A DNA stretch of 64,000 nt from an uncultured Candidatus Saccharibacteria bacterium. Lineage in GTDB: Bacteria > Patescibacteriota > Dojkabacteria > SC72. The position numbers and the translations under genes are program-made. The stretch is from the NCBI GenBank assembly GCA_964610125.1, contig CAZSUV010000001.1, forward strand, positions 383,877 through 447,876, written 5' to 3'. A model generated the notes under the pieces. The model was not told where the DNA came from and did no database searches. It saw only the letters and a program-made list of their open reading frames with translations. Shown here in pieces: positions 57,578 through 64,000 of this stretch; positions within the stretch are counted from its first letter, which is position 1, and the number at the start of each line of letters is the position of its first letter.

Positions 57578-58006
57578 ATGAATATATACTTTGCAGGTTC
57601 AATCCGTGGAGGAAGAGAGGATGTAAAAATATATCAGGATATTGTTGCATTTCTAAAAACTAAGGGAACTGTCTTAACCGAACACATAACACTAGATTCT
57701 ATCCATGATATGGGCGAGGATGATAAAACAGAAGAGTTCATATACAAACGAGATATCGATTGGCTTAATCAATCAGACATTGTTATTGCAGAAGTCACAC
57801 AGCCAAGTTTAGGAGTAGGTTATGAACTAGCCTACGCCGAAAGTAAAAAAATCCCCGTTATTTGTCTCTTTCGAGAGAATTCTGGAAATCATCTTTCTGC
57901 AATGATCAAAGGTGATTCATATTTCAAAGTAATAAAATATACTGATATCGAGGTAGTTCTAAAGGATCTTTCCATCCATATGCCTATGCTTCAAGAAATG
58001 GTATAA
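57578..58006 (+). CDS. Nucleoside 2-deoxyribosyltransferase / DNPH1-like N-glycosidase
   Basis: IYFAGSIRGG, VLTEH, IYKRD..W...D...AEV..PSLGVGYE, LSAMI.G. Confidence 0.9.
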   Translation: MNIYFAGSIRGGREDVKIYQDIVAFLKTKGTVLTEHITLDSIHDMGEDDKTEEFIYKRDIDWLNQSDIVIAEVTQPSLGVGYELAYAESKKIPVICLFRENSGNHLSAMIKGDSYFKVIKYTDIEVVLKDLSIHMPMLQEMV

Positions 58007-58033
58007 TACAGCCATAACCTCCTCAATACTAAT

Positions 58034-58909
58034 ATGATTAATCGCACTGTCCTAGCCGTAGGTATTAATACTCCTGTTGAGGAAAAAATCATCATACAAG
58101 AAAAATTAAAACTAAAAGATATTACCCTAGAGACGGCATCAATTAAGGACATAGTGTTTGAAATAGTAGATGGAATCATAACAGTAAATATCAAAGGAAA
58201 AGATCTTAAACAGTATGACTATGTTTGGATACAGTCTGGATGGAATACAACCCATATGGCATATCTTTTACATCTGTATCTCAAATCACAGCATATTCCA
58301 CATAACAAGACTAATTCACATAACACAAAACTGTCAGATATTTTTACTTTGGCTTACAAAGGGGTATTAGTACCTAATACATATTTCCATAATGGATTGA
58401 ATGTGACTAAAGAAAATATTACTGAGATAGCTGATGTTTGTAAGTTACCATGTATATATAAAACTTCACTTGGTTCATTAGGTTGTAATGTGTTTTTAAT
58501 AGATAAGGAAGAAGAGATTAAGCAGACGATTAAAGATAATGGGAAATATAATAGGTATATATTTCAACAATATATTCCTAATGATTTTGATTACAGAGTA
58601 GTTATAGCTAATGGTAAATCTACTTCGGTATGTAAGCGAACTAGGATAACAGACAAGTTTAGAAATAATGTAGCTCTAGGAGCTAGTGAGGACTTTATAC
58701 ATATCAAGAATGTTCCAACTGAAGTTATAGCTATTGCTATTAAATCTGCTAATGCCTTGAAATTGAAATGGGCTGGGGTCGATGTGGTTACAGATAAGGA
58801 TACGGGAGAAAACTATATATTGGAGGTAAATAGAAGACCTGGACTAACAGAAAAGTCTACTGAGATATCAGCGGCATATAAATATATAAAAGGATTGGTA
58901 GGGAGATAG
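58034..58909 (+). CDS. RimK-like ATP-grasp ligase
   Basis: VPNT, P.IYK...GS.G, QQYI...DYRV, FRNNV..G, AGVDVV, ILEVN..PG. Confidence 0.85.
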   Translation: MINRTVLAVGINTPVEEKIIIQEKLKLKDITLETASIKDIVFEIVDGIITVNIKGKDLKQYDYVWIQSGWNTTHMAYLLHLYLKSQHIPHNKTNSHNTKLSDIFTLAYKGVLVPNTYFHNGLNVTKENITEIADVCKLPCIYKTSLGSLGCNVFLIDKEEEIKQTIKDNGKYNRYIFQQYIPNDFDYRVVIANGKSTSVCKRTRITDKFRNNVALGASEDFIHIKNVPTEVIAIAIKSANALKLKWAGVDVVTDKDTGENYILEVNRRPGLTEKSTEISAAYKYIKGLVGR

Positions 58910-58911
58910 TT

Positions 58912-60105
58912 TTATCTATCTATAAACGTCAACGCATAACCCTTCTTACCAGCTCTACCTGTTCTACCAATCCTATGAATGTAATCTTCATAACACTCTG
59001 GTTCATCGTAGTTAATAACATGGGTAATGTTGTTTACATCTAACCCTCTTGAAGCTACATCAGTAGCAATAAGGATATTAAAATCACCTCTCTTAAATCC
59101 ATCGATAATTCTAGTTCTTTGTGATTGTCGCTTGTCACCATGTAAGGCATCTACATTTAACTTTTGGTTGTAAAGATAGTCAGATAGCTTGTCTGCATTT
59201 CGCTTAGTTCTAGTAAATATCAATACTCTTTTAAATTCTTCCTTAGAAAGTAAATCTAAAAGAACTTCTTCTTTTCTCTTACTTCCATCAACTCTAATAA
59301 CATCCTGATCCACATTATGCTGAGGAGATTGAGATTCAATCTCAACCTTAACAGGATTCTTTAGCAAGGAGTTAGCAATTGCTTCTGCCTTAAATGACAT
59401 AGTTGCTGAGAAGAATAGGGATTGTCTGTTAGGATCAAGCTTGTCTATGATATATCTAATATCATCTATAAATCCCATATCCAACATTCTATCTACTTCA
59501 TCAAGGATTACATTGTTTACTTCACCTAAATTTACACCTCGTCTGTCAAAGATATCTTTTAATCTCCCTGGTGTAGCTATGATGAAATGTGGTCTTTTGT
59601 CTAAGATATACATCTGATCCCTAATACTCTTACCACCAATAATTAATACAGATTTAAGGTTAGTACCTTTAGCTAATTCTCTGAATTCATCTTGTATTTG
59701 GCTACCCAGTTCTCTGGTAGGGACAACTATTAAGCATGTCTGTGTACCATCGTTTAAAAATTTGTTTATCATCGGTAACAAAAATGCTGCTGTCTTACCA
59801 GAACCTGTGCTTGCTATACCAAGAATATCTTTTCCAGCCATAATAGCAGGAATAGCTTCATTCTGAATCTTAGTAGGGATTGTGTATCTTTTACTTAGAA
59901 TATTCTTCTGAAGTATTGGATCTAAATTAAAGTCGTTAAAAAGGGCATCTGTAACATATATGTTAGATGTCTCAGTTTCAATAGCTTTCGCTATGTATTG
60001 ATTTGTACTTATACCAGAACTTTTTCTAGTATTTCTTCCGTAACTTCTTCTTGGGGAAAATCGATTTGTACGACTAGGCCCGTATGATCTATACCTGTTT
60101 TCCAT
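58912..60105 (-). CDS. DEAD/DEAH-box RNA helicase (DEVD variant)
   Basis: PT.IQ Q-motif, TGSGKT, PTREL, TPGRL, DEVD, SAT, HGD, RGLD, HRIGRTGR. Confidence 0.93.
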   Translation of the reverse strand: MENRYRSYGPSRTNRFSPRRSYGRNTRKSSGISTNQYIAKAIETETSNIYVTDALFNDFNLDPILQKNILSKRYTIPTKIQNEAIPAIMAGKDILGIASTGSGKTAAFLLPMINKFLNDGTQTCLIVVPTRELGSQIQDEFRELAKGTNLKSVLIIGGKSIRDQMYILDKRPHFIIATPGRLKDIFDRRGVNLGEVNNVILDEVDRMLDMGFIDDIRYIIDKLDPNRQSLFFSATMSFKAEAIANSLLKNPVKVEIESQSPQHNVDQDVIRVDGSKRKEEVLLDLLSKEEFKRVLIFTRTKRNADKLSDYLYNQKLNVDALHGDKRQSQRTRIIDGFKRGDFNILIATDVASRGLDVNNITHVINYDEPECYEDYIHRIGRTGRAGKKGYALTFIDR

Positions 60106-60271
60106 AACAGTGATTAACATTAATTTTAGTTTTCAGTTTATATAGATAAACCGAAAATAAAATATTGTTAACCTCATAAGGTCTCATTAATTTCGCTTAC
60201 ATCTACATCAAACAGCGTAGATAATACCACAAAGAATAAAAAATTGATACAGGGATGTAATTTATGTTCAT

Positions 60272-60306
60272 GTAGCCCAGCAAATGTTATATATTTGCCG
60301 GGCTAC
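60272..60306. repeat. Hairpin downstream of orphan ORF
   Basis: GTAGCCCAGCAAAT...ATTTGCCGGGCTAC (G-U on the minus strand). Confidence 0.65.
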
Positions 60307-60324
60307 CGTGCTCATTTTTGTGTA

Positions 60325-60618
60325 CTAAGGAAGTGGGTATGGATCAGGATCTTCCGTAATGTTATAGATTTTGTCGCATAATGCGGCCAAAATTGTCTCA
60401 TCCGGAATCCCAACAGGAAAATGGATATCATCTCGACGGCGATCTTCCTTTTTATTTGTTTCCAGAAGATATGTACCTTCGAGCTTCAATGCATTTAATT
60501 CCTTCTTTTCCTTTGTTCCCACAGCTACAGAGTGTTTCTCTGGGTATAAATGGACTTGGCCCACCCATAACCGTTTTCCGTTCACATCAAAGATCATTAA
60601 CTTGATTGGATCGTACAT
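60325..60618 (-). CDS. Small hypothetical protein
   Basis: GAGGAGG SD 5 nt before ATG 60618; 97 aa; followed by a hairpin. Confidence 0.6.
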   Translation of the reverse strand: MYDPIKLMIFDVNGKRLWVGQVHLYPEKHSVAVGTKEKKELNALKLEGTYLLETNKKEDRRRDDIHFPVGIPDETILAALCDKIYNITEDPDPYPLP

Positions 60619-60727
60619 TGAAACCTCCTCATATACCAACAAGAATGAACAACAAAGGGATTATATCATTACAAGCCCTCGAAATAACATAGATGCTTCC
60701 TTGTTCTTTCTGATATATAATAAAGAT

Positions 60728-61777
60728 ATGAAAAAGAAATGGATTATTATCTTTGCCATATCATTACCCATCTTAGTATTCCTCATAACCTTCGCATTAT
60801 TTGAACTTTCAAAACGATATCTTGCTAACAAAATTAACTGTTTAGACCAACAAACACTAAATATTCCCTCAGATATATCCCCCTTAACTCAAGACCTATG
60901 CCTTGTAGAATATTCAACTGCAAAGAATAGTATCCATATGGAATTTAAATTAAACAACGATTTCCAATCAAAGTTAGTCACCGAAGAATGGACCCAATCA
61001 GACAGTGATACCTACAAAAAAGGAAAGTACAGTCTAAACCTCTCAGGTACCGTTATCTCCATAGTTGAAGAAACAACTGAAGTAGGAGCTATAAAGGAAA
61101 ATGACACTTCCATACCAGAGCTTGTGCATACAGCTGAAGTCATACGCCCAGGCTACCAAGTAACATCAAAGGAGATATCAAGAATAAATACCACAAACAA
61201 AGTAGTTGTATTTACATTTGATGGAGGGTCTGGAATTCAATCAATGGATTCCATACTTAGTACATTAGCAAAATACAATTTAACAAGTACGTTCTTCTTA
61301 ACAGGTAAATGGGCTGAAGCTAATGTAAATGATGTAAAACGTATAAATAATGCAGGACATGAAATATTCAATCATTCATATTCACACCCAGACTTCGCTA
61401 CCATTTCTGATACACAGATAGCAGAAGAATTTTCCAAAACAGATGCCATTATTAGTGATATAACAGGATATCATACGAAACCATTCTTTAGACCACCATA
61501 TGGATCTAGAAATACACATATACGAGAGTATGCAGCTTCTCTGGGCTACCAAGATGTATATTGGACTATAGATGCTCTAGATTGGAAAGAATCCACAGGA
61601 ACCACTGCAGAGACTGTAAAAAGTAGGATATTGGATAACCTCGCGCCCGGCAATATCTACCTTATGCATATTGGAGACAATCTAACAGGGCAAGTGTTAG
61701 ATGAAGTAATACAGGAAATACAGAATAGAGGATATACAATAATGAGCCTGTATCAAGCAATCACTTTATATCCATAA
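60728..61777 (+). CDS. Membrane-anchored polysaccharide deacetylase (CE4/NodB)
   Basis: TM after MKKK, TFDGG, NHSYSHP, FRPPYG, W.ID..DW, LMH; true start taken as ATG 60728. Confidence 0.9.
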   Translation: MKKKWIIIFAISLPILVFLITFALFELSKRYLANKINCLDQQTLNIPSDISPLTQDLCLVEYSTAKNSIHMEFKLNNDFQSKLVTEEWTQSDSDTYKKGKYSLNLSGTVISIVEETTEVGAIKENDTSIPELVHTAEVIRPGYQVTSKEISRINTTNKVVVFTFDGGSGIQSMDSILSTLAKYNLTSTFFLTGKWAEANVNDVKRINNAGHEIFNHSYSHPDFATISDTQIAEEFSKTDAIISDITGYHTKPFFRPPYGSRNTHIREYAASLGYQDVYWTIDALDWKESTGTTAETVKSRILDNLAPGNIYLMHIGDNLTGQVLDEVIQEIQNRGYTIMSLYQAITLYP

Positions 61778-61841
61778 TCATCCATTGCATCACTTCACTT
61801 AATTATATATATTTTAATATATTAAATTTATCTTCTGTCCT

Positions 61842-62603
61842 ATGGATAAATACAAAAACCTCCGTATATTTAACATAGTAATGGGATTCTTCCACTTTGT
61901 ACAAGGAATACTCATGGTAGTACTAAGTAATGACTTCACATTACCAATCAATACAAGCTACCTAAAGTTTGATGTAACAACCCTTACACTACAACCATCC
62001 CTAAACCATATATATGATCTAAAGGTAGGGTATGCAATTGCAGCATTCCTCTTCCTTTCATCATTAGCACATTTCATCATCTCCCTTCCTAGGGTATATG
62101 AATGGTATGTAGCAAACCTAAAGAAGGGTATTAACTATGCTAGATGGATAGAATATGCATTTAGTTCATCCATAATGATTGTTGTAGTATCAATGTTAGT
62201 AGGGGTATATGATTTTAGTACGCTCTTGTTGATCTTCTTCCTCAATGCAATGATGATTCTCTTTGGAATGGTTATGGAAATACACAATCAAACAACAACC
62301 AAAACAAACTGGATATCATTCATCTTTGGATGTATAGCAGGAATAGTTCCATGGGTAGTAGTAGCATTGTACCTCTTTGGTTCTGGAGATGCAGATAACA
62401 AAGCTCCAACCTTTGTATATTGGATCTTCTTTAGTATATTCCTCTTCTTTAATACATTTGCAGGTAACATGATCCTACAATATGGAAAGATTGGAAAATG
62501 GAAGAACTATACATTTGGAGAAAAAGTATATGTCATCTTAAGCTTAGTAGCTAAATCATTACTTGCATGGCAGGTATTTGCTGGAACACTAAGACCTGTA
62601 TAG
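61842..62603 (+). CDS. heR: Heliorhodopsin
   Basis: N...G..H..Q, LSSLAHF, N..RWIEYA.SSS.M, MILFG..ME, YVILSLVAKSLLAWQVF (retinal Lys). Confidence 0.95.
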   Translation: MDKYKNLRIFNIVMGFFHFVQGILMVVLSNDFTLPINTSYLKFDVTTLTLQPSLNHIYDLKVGYAIAAFLFLSSLAHFIISLPRVYEWYVANLKKGINYARWIEYAFSSSIMIVVVSMLVGVYDFSTLLLIFFLNAMMILFGMVMEIHNQTTTKTNWISFIFGCIAGIVPWVVVALYLFGSGDADNKAPTFVYWIFFSIFLFFNTFAGNMILQYGKIGKWKNYTFGEKVYVILSLVAKSLLAWQVFAGTLRPV

Positions 62604-62614
62604 AATAGAGAAAT

Positions 62615-63886
62615 ATGTCAAAAAATAAAAGAATACTAGATTTAATACCAAAACAGTTCTCGCGTAATACTTTTGTATATTTTTTGATACCTCTCTTTTT
62701 AATACTCCTTGGGGATGGAATAGTTGCCTATATATTTCCATTAATCCTAGGAAATCATATAAGCTCCAATTTAGTAATTGGATTGATTATGTCGGCTTCT
62801 TCTGTAATTGGAATCGCCTGTGATTTTCTAATTCCATTAGTATTCCCCAAATATGGTTGGAAATTTCAACTTATCACTGGAATTATTCTAGCCCTAACAT
62901 TTCCATTAACCACAGCCATTGGAGATACATTTTCAATCGTATGGATGTTCTTAATAGCATCACTCTTGTGGGGTATTTACTATGAATTTATAATGTTTGC
63001 TCAACAGAGTTTCATTGTAGAAGAAGAAAATCAGAAACACTATTCTCATGATTGGAGTATCGTAGAGATTTTAACCAATATCGTAGAAGTTTCTGCACCA
63101 ATCATTGGTGCCTTCATTTTAATACGAGGAATAGTTGCATATACATCGACCACATTAGTTATTGAGATTCTAGCTCTCATATTTGCAGTTCTTTTAGTCA
63201 TAGTAAAACGAGATGTTAAAACACAAAGACCAAAGAGCCAGATTAAGGAATATATTAGCTTCTTTAGAGAGTTAAAATCTTGGAAGATACTTTCAAAAAA
63301 GGTATATATCATACTAATAATGGCTGTGATAGTGGAAATAGTTTCCGCTGGCTTCTTAACATTCGCAGGATTGTATGGAGAACAGTTGATAGCCAATCCC
63401 GATTGGAATTGGGTATTAATCACGTTAGCAACTATTCCATACATGTTTGGATCACTCATTATCTATAGATTAAATCTAAAGAAAGGAAAGAAAAGGCTTT
63501 CGCAACTTTCAATCTTGGCTTCAGGAATTGTCCTTTCGTTGCTCTTCTTTTTTGGAGGCAAACTCATTCCAATATTGATAATAATTTTCATCTCAAATCT
63601 CATAATGTCTTTGTGTTGGCCATTAGATGATGCAATATTCAGTGATTTACAAAAACGATTAGGAAAACACGGCCTACATCTAATTGGATTATCCCAAGCA
63701 AGCTATTCCATAGCATATATTGTTGCACCTACATTAATGGGATTCTTTGCGGATAGGGTGGGATACAATAATTCATTTGCAATAATTGGAGTAATAGCAG
63801 CAGTAATTGGCTTGATTCTTTTAATTATAACCCCCAGAAAGTTAAGAATGCCTCACAAAGAATTAGATAATATAGTTACTTCTTAA
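62615..63886 (+). CDS. MFS transporter
   Basis: About 12 hydrophobic helices, APIIGA, APTLMGFFADRVG; 11 bp after heliorhodopsin. Confidence 0.85.
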   Translation: MSKNKRILDLIPKQFSRNTFVYFLIPLFLILLGDGIVAYIFPLILGNHISSNLVIGLIMSASSVIGIACDFLIPLVFPKYGWKFQLITGIILALTFPLTTAIGDTFSIVWMFLIASLLWGIYYEFIMFAQQSFIVEEENQKHYSHDWSIVEILTNIVEVSAPIIGAFILIRGIVAYTSTTLVIEILALIFAVLLVIVKRDVKTQRPKSQIKEYISFFRELKSWKILSKKVYIILIMAVIVEIVSAGFLTFAGLYGEQLIANPDWNWVLITLATIPYMFGSLIIYRLNLKKGKKRLSQLSILASGIVLSLLFFFGGKLIPILIIIFISNLIMSLCWPLDDAIFSDLQKRLGKHGLHLIGLSQASYSIAYIVAPTLMGFFADRVGYNNSFAIIGVIAAVIGLILLIITPRKLRMPHKELDNIVTS

Positions 63887-64000
63887 GGATTATGAATTCT
63901 CCATCATATATTGATTGACTTTGGGTATATCCTAAGTCTATAAATTTCTGAACTTCATAATTTGGTACAATTAATATATCCCCCTCCTGTATATCCTTCA
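63876..64000 (-). CDS. 3' end of a hypothetical protein (5'-truncated by window edge)
   Basis: Open frame ...KDIQEGDILIVPNYEVQKFIDLGYTQSQSIYDGEFIILKK* ending at 63876. Confidence 0.45.
   Translation of the reverse strand, partial: KDIQEGDILIVPNYEVQKFIDLGYTQSQSIYDGEFIILKK

Noticed and set aside
60371-60727. 119-aa N-terminal extension of the deacetylase
   Set aside because: Antisense to the SD-led 60325-60618 ORF; TATAAT-N6-ATG and the TM anchor mark 60728 as the start
1-64000. Alternative genetic code (TGA=Gly) and the many short antisense ORFs in the track
   Set aside because: Conserved genes are full length under code 11 and TGA serves as a stop; the short ORFs are shadows inside confident genes

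Overview
AT-rich, gene-dense bacterial chromosome segment with no rRNA, CRISPR array, transposase or integrase visible. It uses standard code 11 (TGA ends the ORFs at 50579 and 53969). The gene mix suggests a Patescibacteria/CPR genome, possibly Dojkabacteria-like (inference): salvage and fermentative metabolism, leaderless-type starts, a PilX-like protein and large Cys-rich surface proteins. Core content includes uvrB, mutL, lexA, an nrdR-nrdD-nrdG operon, trxB, map, a 2-oxoacid:ferredoxin oxidoreductase plus ADP-forming acetate-CoA ligase operon, a murE-like ligase, galU, obgE, hemW, a DEAD-box helicase, tRNA-Pro(TGG) and tRNA-His(GTG). Main points of interest: (1) a tandemly duplicated two-gene surface module whose hypervariable segment spans the gene junction; (2) a split class III RNR with the glycyl-radical loop on a separate 46-aa gene missing from the ORF track, preceded by four phased NrdR-like boxes; (3) a 96-nt cloverleaf, tRNA-like RNA and a ~260-nt multi-stem RNA candidate; (4) a 283-aa minimal [FeFe]-hydrogenase-like protein; (5) a heliorhodopsin coupled to an MFS transporter; (6) small orphan ORFs with strong Shine-Dalgarno sites and downstream hairpins in an otherwise SD-poor genome.
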